From positions 32,001 to 96,000 of IMG/VR virus record IMGVR_UViG_3300042474_001633: a DNA stretch of 64,000 bases. The stretch is one strand, 5' to 3'. Each line of letters starts with the position of its first letter. Position 1 is the stretch's first letter. Shown here piece after piece: positions 20,589-29,347 of the stretch. Source of the DNA: a virus. The notes beneath the pieces were generated by a model. It made no database searches, was not told where the DNA came from, and worked only from the letters and a program-made list of their open reading frames with translations. The position numbers and the translations under genes are program-made.

Positions 20589-20654
20589 TTTTCCTCCGTC
20601 CCATTTCTTTCAGGAACTATTTCGTATGAGACTACTGAAATTATAGGTGGTTAC

Positions 20655-21017
20655 TCAAGGTGTTTGGCGTACGTTTTTGTCTGGACCCTCAAAAAGATGA
20701 CTTAAGTTTTCAAGTACGTGGTCTTGGTGCGCTTCTATTTCTTTTTTGACTTTTTTGCGAGATTTTGGTTTCTCGACATGTTTTACTGCTTTTGCAGCTG
20801 GGGTTTCAACCAGGAGAACCAAACCTTTGTCAATTAAAATTAATACTTTTTCGTTGTCGGCTTTCACCAAAGCAGACGCCCGGCTTAGCAAATAGGCGTC
20901 GTTGGTTACTTTGAGCATTTTTGGGGAAAGGTTTTGAATTTGCATAAATCCTGCATATTCAACAGGTATTTCGTTTATTTTTTCCCCAAGACCAACAAAG
21001 TCGATTTCACCACTCAT
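20655..21017 (-). CDS. Hypothetical protein
   Basis: 120-aa ORF in the operon direction. Confidence 0.6.
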   Translation of the reverse strand: MSGEIDFVGLGEKINEIPVEYAGFMQIQNLSPKMLKVTNDAYLLSRASALVKADNEKVLILIDKGLVLLVETPAAKAVKHVEKPKSRKKVKKEIEAHQDHVLENLSHLFEGPDKNVRQTP

Positions 21018-21021
21018 GATT

Positions 21022-21657
21022 TTACTCGCCTATTGAAATGCTTGCCGCGTTTGTAAAATTAGAAATAAGTGCAGTTAGTGGGTTTTGACCAACAGTTAAG
21101 CCGAATTCAATAACCTCATCAGCAATATTGTCGCGAGCTATAACTTCGTCAATAGATAAGTCATACCCTATGTAGGCTCCAGCAAGAACTCGGTCGCCCT
21201 TCAACATCGTAAGGTCGGAGAACTCTTCAACCACGGTAGTTTCCTCTATGCGAGCCTCCCTCTCTGCGCCCTCCCGCTGCAGACATGGGTAATCCAAAAG
21301 AGCAGAGCGGACGACGGTGGTGAGTCTGTCTCGCATCTCGGTGGTTTCTTTTGAGCCATCGGTTCTTACCCAAATATATGTTCTCATTGAGTAATTCACT
21401 TTATATACCGGGTCAGCCCCTATACCATACCCGACGCGATTAAACGAGCGCGTAGATATGGCAACAGTAATTATCGTTGGCCAAGAGTCGAGAGCAACTG
21501 GCTCATATGTTAGATACTCTGCCGGGTCTGGAAGTTCATCCTCGGATAGATTCCAACCATTTCTATATCTAATTAATCTGCGCGGAATGTCGTCGGTTAA
21601 ATAGTCGTTTACGAATGACTTTGCAAATTGAGCTCCGTACATTAATTCTGCTGGCAT
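21022..21657 (-). CDS. Tail completion / terminator-like neck protein
   Basis: Position between the virion morphogenesis gene and the sheath. Confidence 0.5.
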   Translation of the reverse strand: MPAELMYGAQFAKSFVNDYLTDDIPRRLIRYRNGWNLSEDELPDPAEYLTYEPVALDSWPTIITVAISTRSFNRVGYGIGADPVYKVNYSMRTYIWVRTDGSKETTEMRDRLTTVVRSALLDYPCLQREGAEREARIEETTVVEEFSDLTMLKGDRVLAGAYIGYDLSIDEVIARDNIADEVIEFGLTVGQNPLTALISNFTNAASISIGE

Positions 21658-22118
21658 CAGAACACCTCGCCGTTTGCAATGTATGAAACAGTATCGCCGC
21701 CGAGCTTTTTGGCAAACAGCGGTGGCTCAAATACAATTTTTCTTTTTGGCATTTTTGTAGTTCCATACTGATGAAACTTTGCATATTCCACAGACGTTCC
21801 AGTAGAAAAAGATGTATTCGTCATTGTGTCAATCGAGCCGTTGGCACCAGAAAGAGATGCGAATAATTTTCCAGTCCTTATCATCGGTGGCATACCGGGG
21901 AATCGAGTCATCTTCCACGATGCATATTGAGCATCAAGCGGTCTCCACCCGCCAACCAGGAGACCATTACTTGTAAAGTTTGCAGCATTTGCCATACGCA
22001 CTTCTTGTTTTGCTTTTATCAACACCGGAGTGAGCACTTGAGCGCGAGAATACATGGCCCCAAGCCTGGCAATGGCGGACCCCATTCCCCTGGTACTTAC
22101 GCCTATTTCAATGTCCAT
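21657..22118 (-). CDS. Phage virion morphogenesis protein (Mu gpG-like)
   Basis: WRPL...MIRTGKLFASL...GTSVEYAKFHQYGT.KMPKR. Start placed at ATG 22118, overlapping the upstream stop. Confidence 0.8.
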   Translation of the reverse strand: MDIEIGVSTRGMGSAIARLGAMYSRAQVLTPVLIKAKQEVRMANAANFTSNGLLVGGWRPLDAQYASWKMTRFPGMPPMIRTGKLFASLSGANGSIDTMTNTSFSTGTSVEYAKFHQYGTTKMPKRKIVFEPPLFAKKLGGDTVSYIANGEVF

Positions 22119-22972
22119 TAAATGCGTCGCCTTCTCCACCTACGTAGAGCAAGAAGTTCTCTCTCTGAAAAACCAGTTTCAAGAGGGGCAACATTTCTTG
22201 TCGTTAAGTCTTTAACTCCAACAACGTCATCGTGCATATTTTGCATTTCTCTTGTGGCAGCACGAAGAATAAATAGTTTAAACATCTGAATCGCTTCACC
22301 ATCAAGGCCGCCGGTGTAGACAATTTCAACAACGTCGTTAGGAAAACCTCTGTACAACTCAATTCCGTATCTATGAACTGTGTAGTCGTTTCCGGTTGCA
22401 GTTACGGTTCCGCCAGATACATAAGCGGACAACCCGCTCTGATAACCGCCAACAGAAAAAGTTGTACTTGTTACTGCGGTAATTTCAAATGAAGATTTAT
22501 TGTATGAGTTTGGAGTTACTCCTGTAACAACAACTCTCTGACCCTTCGTGAAAGTATTTGCAGCGCTAAATGTGACCACCGTTCCAGACTGTGATGCACC
22601 GGTTATTGTCGCTGTACGCATCTTTGCTTCGGCCATGAATATTGGCACTTGTGAAAGATTTCCAATCGAAACACTTTTTACGGTTACGACAGGTGTGTTT
22701 CTTAAGCTAAGAACAATCGAAGGCTGAATATAGTTCAATCCACTATCCGTAGTGTCCAGCGATTGGTCGTAGAAAAAAGAAGTGGCTGGAACTCCTTGAA
22801 AATAACTTGGTATTACATGTTGCTCCGTATGCTCGGCAACTTCTACCGGCCTACGCAAAAAAGCCTCAAGCTCACTCTGGAGACCATTCAGCACAAATTC
22901 AGCAGCATCAAGTTGCCGCAAACTGAACTTAACGTCCATATAGATTGCTAAATCAGAAGCCGTAACAAGCAT
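22118..22972 (-). CDS. Head-tail adaptor with an inserted beta-rich domain
   Basis: N-terminal LVTASDL..Y, C-terminal VEIVYTGG...ELLALRRWRR. Central Thr-rich insert. Confidence 0.7.
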   Translation of the reverse strand: MLVTASDLAIYMDVKFSLRQLDAAEFVLNGLQSELEAFLRRPVEVAEHTEQHVIPSYFQGVPATSFFYDQSLDTTDSGLNYIQPSIVLSLRNTPVVTVKSVSIGNLSQVPIFMAEAKMRTATITGASQSGTVVTFSAANTFTKGQRVVVTGVTPNSYNKSSFEITAVTSTTFSVGGYQSGLSAYVSGGTVTATGNDYTVHRYGIELYRGFPNDVVEIVYTGGLDGEAIQMFKLFILRAATREMQNMHDDVVGVKDLTTRNVAPLETGFSERELLALRRWRRRRI

Positions 22973-22979
22973 TAAGACC

Positions 22980-23195
22980 TCACGTAGCTCTTGCCAGATT
23001 CAGCCTTCGTCTTTCCCTCAAAAGCGCTCGACCGGTGCCGGACTGCGTTGTTCTTTGACCAGACACGGCGTCAGCAAGACGATTCAAGCCGTAGGCTGTG
23101 GCCCGACGCCACCATGCAGGACGATTACCTCCGGTTATCGGATTTCTTCTTGTCAATGCACCGATTTCTCTATCTCTGACGGTGTTCTGTTCCAT
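22980..23195 (-). CDS. Small Arg-rich hypothetical protein
   Basis: 71 aa with an upstream GAGG ribosome-binding site. Confidence 0.55.
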   Translation of the reverse strand: MEQNTVRDREIGALTRRNPITGGNRPAWWRRATAYGLNRLADAVSGQRTTQSGTGRALLRERRRLNLARAT

Positions 23196-23247
23196 GGCTA
23201 CCTCTTCAGCGTTTGACTAAAGTTTACACCATTGGATTCTAGGTGTG

Positions 23248-23802
23248 TCAACGGTCCTGATTTGGTGGCTTCTCTAACACGATTTTGTCAGATGATTTTG
23301 CAGGTGCTTCGATTGGAACCCACGCACTCGAGTAGACGTGCTCTTTAACCTTGCGCATTTTAACCAGTGAACCGTCGAGCATCATGTCGGATTCCTGAAC
23401 GGTCATATTGAAAATCTCGTCTAGTTCATCCATCGAATAAACTCTACTTTGATGTATCTTCTTGACAATGTCGGACATCCGTTTTGCAACAACCGAACCG
23501 CGACCTCGATTTATTTGGACGTGAAGAATCATCGCGTCCAAATCTGATACGTCCAATTCGACGCAGGTGATTGATTTTGAGTACCGCTTGGCTAGCGCCT
23601 TGGATTGAGATATTGCAATCACTCTTTGATGGCCATCAATTATCACGTTTGATTTTTTCTGCACAATGATTGGGCTTAAAAGTCCGTATTTTTCGATTGA
23701 AGAAATAAGCACTTTAAGGTCAGGCTTGAGAATATAATTTGCCCTCCATGTAGCCGGCTTCAGCAAAGAAGGATTAATTAAAGATGTTTCTGTGTTATTC
23801 AC
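23248..23802 (-). CDS. ParB/Srx-like protein (IbrB-like)
   Basis: SSIEKYGLLSPIIV...IIDGHQR and QINRGRG. Confidence 0.8.
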   Translation of the reverse strand: MNNTETSLINPSLLKPATWRANYILKPDLKVLISSIEKYGLLSPIIVQKKSNVIIDGHQRVIAISQSKALAKRYSKSITCVELDVSDLDAMILHVQINRGRGSVVAKRMSDIVKKIHQSRVYSMDELDEIFNMTVQESDMMLDGSLVKMRKVKEHVYSSAWVPIEAPAKSSDKIVLEKPPNQDR

Positions 23803-23804
23803 TT

Positions 23805-24155
23805 CTAAACCTGGGCGCGGACATTGGCGTTGAGGGTTCGCAAGGCATCAATACTCGTCCTGAGTGAAAGAAGTTTTTCTCGCTTTGCCCTAACTAGTGC
23901 TTCCGCGATTTCGTAATCCTCTTTCATTTGTTCCATCTTGTAATGAGACCATTGCTCTCTGTCGGTGATTGTTCTGTGCCCCTTGCCAGCAGCTCCTAGA
24001 TATTCTTTTGCCCATTCCGCCTTGTACCTGGCGTCTTTTTTTGCAGCGTCCACGGCGAGTATTTCAAAGTTTTCAGTTTCTTTTTCGAGCAGGTCGAGCA
24101 GTCTCATCATTTCTCGTTCAATGTCCACCTGGCTGATTGGTTGACTTCTATTCAT
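23805..24155 (-). CDS. Hypothetical coiled-coil protein
   Basis: 116 aa helical protein overlapping the RuvC-like gene. Confidence 0.65.
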   Translation of the reverse strand: MNRSQPISQVDIEREMMRLLDLLEKETENFEILAVDAAKKDARYKAEWAKEYLGAAGKGHRTITDREQWSHYKMEQMKEDYEIAEALVRAKREKLLSLRTSIDALRTLNANVRAQV

Positions 24156-24678
24156 TTTCTATCCCTTCGAGTGGGGACCAGTCTATCTTCTCTAGCGCCG
24201 AGAGAGAAATGTTTGACCACTTATATTTTGCATTTCCAATTTTTGCCAAAACCATTTCTTCAAGAACCCACGCATCGCACATATCATCAGCATGCCCCCC
24301 TTTCCAAACTATTCCCGTAATAGCTGATATTGCAGATATGACTTCTGACTTGCCAGCGTTCCCTTTGCCTGTGGCAAATTTTGCTCGACAAGTAGGAGGC
24401 ACGATTATGTATGGAATATCAAGATTTAGCAAGGCAACCCTGACAACACCGCCAAGCTCCCCAATTGAGTGAGCCTGAGAATTTCTTGATGCAAAAGAAT
24501 AACCCTCTATGGCTACCAATTGTATTTTGTTGGAAACCGCAATATTGCCAATTTCGCTGGCTATTTTCCTCAATCTTTCAGCTCCAGATAAATCAAAAGA
24601 AAGATAACCAGCTTCTCCAGCATGGCAATACCCAGTGGATGTAAGTGATAGGTCGAGACCTAGGATGTTCATGGGCAC
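24148..24678 (-). CDS. ruvC: RuvC-like Holliday junction resolvase
   Basis: ILGLDLSLTSTG, VAIEGY, FATGKGNAGK, DDMCDA catalytic motifs. Confidence 0.85.
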   Translation of the reverse strand: MPMNILGLDLSLTSTGYCHAGEAGYLSFDLSGAERLRKIASEIGNIAVSNKIQLVAIEGYSFASRNSQAHSIGELGGVVRVALLNLDIPYIIVPPTCRAKFATGKGNAGKSEVISAISAITGIVWKGGHADDMCDAWVLEEMVLAKIGNAKYKWSNISLSALEKIDWSPLEGIENE

Positions 24679-24694
24679 GCAAAACTCTACCCCA

Positions 24695-24728
24695 CAAACA
24701 AAGACCCGCCGGGTGTAATCCCGACGGG
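24695..24728 (-). terminator. Intrinsic terminator
   Basis: CCCGUCGGG-AUUACA-CCCGGCGGG stem with one U-G pair, followed by UCUUUGUUUG. Confidence 0.7.
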
Positions 24729-24823
24729 AATTAACACAGACAGACGTCCATGTCTACTTTGCGTAGTTATTCACCACTAGACCTTGGACCACCTGCCTTT
24801 CTTTTCTCAGAAACGGCTGTAAG
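24695..24823 (-). ncRNA. Putative small RNA B, complementary to the 16S rRNA 3' end
   Basis: -10 TACTCT at 24834-24829. AGAAAGGCAGGUGGUCCA at 24802-24785 pairs with 16S UGGAUCACCUCCUUUCU. Terminator hairpin at 24728-24705. Confidence 0.55.
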
Positions 24824-24881
24824 ACCTTAGAGTACCATTACAAAATTATTAGCTCAGGTAAAGAGATGTTGGCGCGCACAT

Positions 24882-24941
24882 AAAAAAAGAGACGCAAGAA
24901 CCGGGGGCTGCACGTTGCCCTGTGCCCCCGGCCCTCGCGCC
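24882..24941 (-). terminator. Long GC-rich hairpin plus U tract
   Basis: GGCGCGAGGGCCGGGGG pairs with CCCCCGGUUCUUGCGUC, then UCUUUUUUU. Confidence 0.8.
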
Positions 24942-24959
24942 TATAACGGTCCTAAGGAT
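24882..24959 (-). ncRNA. Putative small RNA A, antisense to 23S rRNA helix 69
   Basis: -10 TAGAAT at 24969-24964. 5' segment CCUUAGGACCGUUAUAG (24957-24941). A 17-bp stem closes only on the minus strand via G-U pairs, followed by a U7 tract. Confidence 0.65.
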
Positions 24960-25009
24960 ATTAATTCTACAACTGAAATGTCTTTCGTGTTGTAAACGCA
25001 AGTAATGTT

Positions 25010-25312
25010 TTAACGTTCCCAGCCGTGCTTGGCTAAACCTAAATCAAAAGCAAGCTGCGGATAGTTTCCAATTCGATTGTGACATGGCCTGCATACCGCA
25101 AGAAGATTTTCCTCATCGAGTATCGACCCACCCTGAGAGCGTCTAATTATTTCGTGAATGTCGCAACTTCTGTTACGAACATATGTCAACTTCTCGTCAT
25201 GTTCAGCAAATACAGGACACGCTTCGCAAAATGGTTTTTTTGACAAAAGTTTTTCTACGAGCGGGCGCCTCAGCAAATACTCTTCTTGTTTCTTTTTTGA
25301 ACGATATTTCAC
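25010..25312 (-). CDS. HNH endonuclease-like protein
   Basis: CEAC...DIHEIIRRSQGGS...NLLAVCRPCH. Confidence 0.8.
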   Translation of the reverse strand: MKYRSKKKQEEYLLRRPLVEKLLSKKPFCEACPVFAEHDEKLTYVRNRSCDIHEIIRRSQGGSILDEENLLAVCRPCHNRIGNYPQLAFDLGLAKHGWER

Positions 25313-25794
25313 TCAGGAGATGTTACATCGTCGAACTGCCATTTATTTTCTAACGATGCCCACAGGGCGACATCGATGTCGGTTGGCTCCATGTCGAACT
25401 CATCCATTAGTGACTTGTGCTTCAAGATTGCTGACTCAAGGAAATTGGCACGAGAGAGTGCGCCCTCGTCTTCGCCCAAGGAGACAACGTAATCGAGACG
25501 CTTGTTAACAAAGAACCTGAAGCGTTCAATTTTTGCTAGCCTGCCGTCGTAAGATTGCATTGCTTCGGCTAGCAGTACCGTGCCGTCGGAACCCAAATCC
25601 GCGTATCTCTGGGAATCAAGTTCTTTATCGTCTTTGATGTCAGCAATTTGCTCATCAAGGTTCCGCACCAGCGCGAGAAGGGCTCGCTTCCAACGCTCGC
25701 GATTTTGGGGCAAATGAATGTATTCGCTCTGTGTGTCTGATACTCGGTTTTTAACATCCTCTGCAACAAGGCGAGCAAACATATCATCATTCAT
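25309..25794 (-). CDS. Hypothetical protein
   Basis: Helical protein. Start placed at ATG 25794 (MNDDMF), overlapping the upstream gene end. Confidence 0.65.
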   Translation of the reverse strand: MNDDMFARLVAEDVKNRVSDTQSEYIHLPQNRERWKRALLALVRNLDEQIADIKDDKELDSQRYADLGSDGTVLLAEAMQSYDGRLAKIERFRFFVNKRLDYVVSLGEDEGALSRANFLESAILKHKSLMDEFDMEPTDIDVALWASLENKWQFDDVTSPE

Positions 25795-26572
25795 CTTTTG
25801 GGTTCCAATATGTACAGAGATTTGTTTTGAAGTGGCACCAATTGCAGAGGTTTGATGGAATTGCTGTCCATGTTGAATTGTCATATGAATTTACTATCTC
25901 CTTCTTTGTTGTTGTTATTGTATTTCTTGTGCTTACAAAATCATCTGCCGTTGGCAAATGTTTTTTCGCAACACCATCTTTTAGGTATAAAAGCTCCAGA
26001 TTGAATGATTTCTTATTCTCTAGTTCGGCAAGAAGAATCGCGTACAGGCTGAGCTGAAACCATTTATCCGCCATGTACTTGGGTGCTGGGGTTTTCCCCG
26101 TTTTGTAGTCCGTGATTGTCACAACCCCATCGATTTCCGTCCACCTGTCGATGAATCCCTTAATAAGAACGCCATCTATCTCGCCAAGGACTTCGTATTC
26201 AATACCAGAAGGCTGAACCAGAGACGGGTTTTCAAGAAGGAAAATGTTCTCCACGCACCACCATGCGCTCCATCGAAAATCGTTGATTGGCGTTCTCTTC
26301 AGATAAGGGGCAACCCTGTCTGCCCAACCGCCACTGGACCATACGTGAGTACATGCGTGTCGAGCAGACACAACAGTCCTCTCTTCCGGCTGATAGGCGG
26401 CGTAGAAATGCTCCAGCACATCGTGTACGAAATTTCCCAACAATGTCTGCATCGTTGGCGGCTCTTGAATTTTGTCGACACGAGACAGCTTAAACTTCAG
26501 CGGACACTGAATGTACGTTTGAATTGACGAAGCTGAAAGGTGTGCTGGAAGCTCTGGTTTTACATCGCTCAC
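25787..26572 (-). CDS. PD-(D/E)XK nuclease, RecB/Cas4-like
   Basis: HLSASSIQTYIQCP, GNFVHDVLE, GFIDR...ITDYKTGK, QLSLYA, CNWCHF..C. GTG start overlaps the upstream TGA. Confidence 0.88.
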   Translation of the reverse strand: MSDVKPELPAHLSASSIQTYIQCPLKFKLSRVDKIQEPPTMQTLLGNFVHDVLEHFYAAYQPEERTVVSARHACTHVWSSGGWADRVAPYLKRTPINDFRWSAWWCVENIFLLENPSLVQPSGIEYEVLGEIDGVLIKGFIDRWTEIDGVVTITDYKTGKTPAPKYMADKWFQLSLYAILLAELENKKSFNLELLYLKDGVAKKHLPTADDFVSTRNTITTTKKEIVNSYDNSTWTAIPSNLCNWCHFKTNLCTYWNPKDE

Positions 26573-27240
26573 TTGGCAGGCGCTTCTATGATTGTCCCAC
26601 CAAATGTTAAACGAGTTGCTTCTGTAAGGAGAAAATTTGCCTGTTCTTCGGTAACGGTGTCTTTTGTGGGTGTTGGCTTGCCGTCGCTCCACTGTGTCCA
26701 CGCAGAACGCAACTGTTCCTTTTGGTCTTTGCTCAAACCCTTACTTACAGACATGAAGCTTTCCCAGGTCATCTTTGATGGCGAGGGTGGCTCCGAGGCA
26801 GTAACCATCTCGGCCTCCATTACCTGTTCGATTTCGATTGCGTCGTCAGTACGAGATAAGTACAAACCGACACCAAGGCTTTGGGCTGCTTTCTTGAACG
26901 CGTTTGACTCTGCGCTCTTGTACGCATCGCCAAGGTCGACAATCTGACCTTGCTTGGTGCGCATAATCTTTGCTGCATCAATTCCATCGCGAGATACGGC
27001 TGGGTGCTCATCCGTTGCAAGCCAAGTAATGCGGACATGAGCCATAATCCAGTCAGTATCAATTGCGTCGCGTTCACACTTGATTACCTTGCGCGACCAC
27101 TTCCCAACACCGAGAACCTTATTGAGACGGTTGGTTACTTCGGTAACTGGGATGTATAGAAGATTCGTTCCACTTTTATTAACTGAACGCACCATCTCTG
27201 GTGGGAACGACTCTGATAGTTGTTGGTATATGTCTGACAT
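26569..27240 (-). CDS. Rad52/Rad22-like single-strand annealing protein
   Basis: LLYIP..EVTNRLNKVLG...W, DAYKSAESNAFKKAAQSLGVGLYL. Confidence 0.85.
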   Translation of the reverse strand: MSDIYQQLSESFPPEMVRSVNKSGTNLLYIPVTEVTNRLNKVLGVGKWSRKVIKCERDAIDTDWIMAHVRITWLATDEHPAVSRDGIDAAKIMRTKQGQIVDLGDAYKSAESNAFKKAAQSLGVGLYLSRTDDAIEIEQVMEAEMVTASEPPSPSKMTWESFMSVSKGLSKDQKEQLRSAWTQWSDGKPTPTKDTVTEEQANFLLTEATRLTFGGTIIEAPAK

Positions 27241-27241
27241 T

Positions 27242-27760
27242 TTATTTAGCCTTTCGTACGATAATGCTTGTTTTGGATTCGCTCACTTCACAAAAGCTAT
27301 CTGCAGATACTCCAATTTTGGCAAGTTCTTTTATTCGCCAGTATGAAACTGCTGCAAAGTCGAGCATTTTTACCATCATGTCCTGTGGGGTCATGATTAC
27401 CTCTCCAGTATCAAGGTCAACCGCCATGTCATTGATTCGACTAGCAACATTCTTTGCAAGGCCTTCGTGGTCCCACTTCTTCCTGTCAGAACCACCCTTT
27501 TTCTCGATTAAACTTCCGTCGCTAGATGACACTTCTGGGACGTTGGCCATTTTGCCAATCATGGAATGACAAACCGAGTCGTACATAACTGACATTTCTG
27601 CCTTAAGAGCATGAACGCTCACCATTGCATCAGCGACTTCGGAAAGCGGTTCATCGCTCAAACACATTTCCTTGAACAATTTATCCAAAGTCATGAAGTC
27701 CCCTGTCATTTTTGCGACAAGTTCTTTAAACTCGGACGTAGTGATGTTTTCGTTACTCAT
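27242..27760 (-). CDS. Hypothetical protein in the recombination module
   Basis: 172 aa with an upstream AAGGGG ribosome-binding site. Confidence 0.7.
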   Translation of the reverse strand: MSNENITTSEFKELVAKMTGDFMTLDKLFKEMCLSDEPLSEVADAMVSVHALKAEMSVMYDSVCHSMIGKMANVPEVSSSDGSLIEKKGGSDRKKWDHEGLAKNVASRINDMAVDLDTGEVIMTPQDMMVKMLDFAAVSYWRIKELAKIGVSADSFCEVSESKTSIIVRKAK

Positions 27761-27789
27761 ATATACCCCTTGCTCTAGTTGATACTTTG

Positions 27790-29094
27790 TCAGATGATTA
27801 TAGACACCGGACGCCGCTGCGGCAACCCCAAGCCAGCTAAAAATGAAAAAGCTCCAACCGCCGAGTCCACCTGGTCGTCGTGGTCACAGGCCTCAGGGAA
27901 GGATGAAAATTCGTCGAACCAGTCGGTTAGCCATGAGCCTCGCACGACACGGACATTGCCATTTGCAACCGCTGCGGAAAAGGGTCGGGAACGGGTTAGC
28001 TTGTCTCCAGTGGAGCGTATTCCTTGAAAATCATACCCAGGAACGACATATCGGGCATATTGGTCAACTAGAGCCTTTCCAGACGAACCCGGTTCTTGCT
28101 CCATCCTGATTGCAACAGAGTGACCATCTTCATAAGCTGTTTGCGCAATTAGCTGTTCTACTTTTTCGTTTTTAACTCTCTGTCTGCGCACATCCAGAAC
28201 ATAGGCAATGCCCTGGTCGAAAAGCATCAGTGTTCCAACGGTGTAGTCGGGGTTCGGATTGCTAGACGATGGCTCGGTGGCCGCCAAGTCCCAGAATCTC
28301 ACGGCACGTGCAGATGACAACACCTGTGGAACTTCAGAGGAATCAATAACAACAAAATTAGTTCTATCAAAAAGAGTTCCTAAAGTAGTAGCCCACCAGT
28401 CGCCCATCTCGAGCCTTCTGCGCTCAATCGGGTCCAGGGCGGACAGGGCCTGACGATATGAGTCAGCATCGATTCCGGGGTTGTCAGTAAGCATCGACGG
28501 AACGAAAATCCTCCCAGAATCCGCTCCCTCCACGATGAATCTTTGTCTGACCCAGTTGGGTGCTGGGTTTGAAGCCGCCCTCATCCTCAGCGGAACCTTG
28601 GAAAGCTCGCCTGTTGCTGGTCGGCGCAAGCGAGAGAACAGGTATCGATAATCAGATTCCCTGATTTCGGTCACCTCATCCATTCCAATAAATTGAAATT
28701 CCGAACCTTTATATCGAAGGTAGTCATTGGTGTTGTTCAGATACCCGAATGATATTCGAGCCCCAGACGGAAAGGTGGCTACATAGGTGCTGCCATTCCA
28801 ATGGACTTCGTCATAATTTGAAATCCATGAGCGGAATCGGTCCATTAGGGCGCCAGGGAGCGCGAGGTCTGCGTAAGTCTTTCTAAAGAGAATCGCTGAA
28901 TACCCAGGGATGTCAACGTATTGCATGGCCGACATAAGTAGGGCTGAACTCTTGCCTCCGCCAGCAGCCCCACCGAATAATGCCTCTATAGAGTAAGAAC
29001 GCAAAAATACTTTCTGAGTTATGGATGGCGCCTCAGGACAATAAAGCGGTTCCTTCGGTTTTAGATATTCGAGAACTTTGTCCCAATTCGTCAT
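27790..29094 (-). CDS. terL: Terminase large subunit
   Basis: Walker A FGGAAGGGKS, Walker B FIGMDE, ASNP, nuclease FWDLAAT and HDDQVDS. Confidence 0.93.
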   Translation of the reverse strand: MTNWDKVLEYLKPKEPLYCPEAPSITQKVFLRSYSIEALFGGAAGGGKSSALLMSAMQYVDIPGYSAILFRKTYADLALPGALMDRFRSWISNYDEVHWNGSTYVATFPSGARISFGYLNNTNDYLRYKGSEFQFIGMDEVTEIRESDYRYLFSRLRRPATGELSKVPLRMRAASNPAPNWVRQRFIVEGADSGRIFVPSMLTDNPGIDADSYRQALSALDPIERRRLEMGDWWATTLGTLFDRTNFVVIDSSEVPQVLSSARAVRFWDLAATEPSSSNPNPDYTVGTLMLFDQGIAYVLDVRRQRVKNEKVEQLIAQTAYEDGHSVAIRMEQEPGSSGKALVDQYARYVVPGYDFQGIRSTGDKLTRSRPFSAAVANGNVRVVRGSWLTDWFDEFSSFPEACDHDDQVDSAVGAFSFLAGLGLPQRRPVSIII

Positions 29095-29173
29095 TTATAA
29101 GCCTGCTCTCTGCCGAGAATGATAAACCATACTAGTATTAAATTATGCAATGTTCTGTTTTTGATGAGGAGAC

Positions 29174-29338
29174 ATGAAAATAGTACAATGGTTTACTAGG
29201 GCAAGAGCTGCCAATCTCCTTATGGGGTCATTTATAATTATGACTACAACAGGTGCGTTTATTTTTAGCATTCCGGTCGGATTCTTAGTGGCTGGCGTGT
29301 GCTGTGGGGCTGTTGGCCTGCTGCTCGGACTGGATTAA
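29174..29338 (+). CDS. Small membrane protein upstream of the portal (54 aa, not in the ORF track)
   Basis: GAGGAG RBS. MKIVQWFTRARAANLLMGSFIIMTTTGAFIFSIPVGFLVAGVCCGAVGLLLGLD is strongly hydrophobic. Confidence 0.7.
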   Translation: MKIVQWFTRARAANLLMGSFIIMTTTGAFIFSIPVGFLVAGVCCGAVGLLLGLD

Positions 29339-29347
29339 TCATAAAAC

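Noticed and set aside
24941-24957. rRNA gene fragment, or a homing site for the adjacent HNH gene
   Set aside because: The match is only 17 nt with non-rRNA flanks. I-CeuI is a LAGLIDADG enzyme, and a self-target beside a nuclease is unlikely. Strand-specific G-U pairing favours an antisense RNA. A DNA decoy role is not fully excluded.
25787-26572. Cas4 or CRISPR locus
   Set aside because: No repeats or other cas genes are present. The context next to a Rad52-like annealase indicates a recombination exonuclease.
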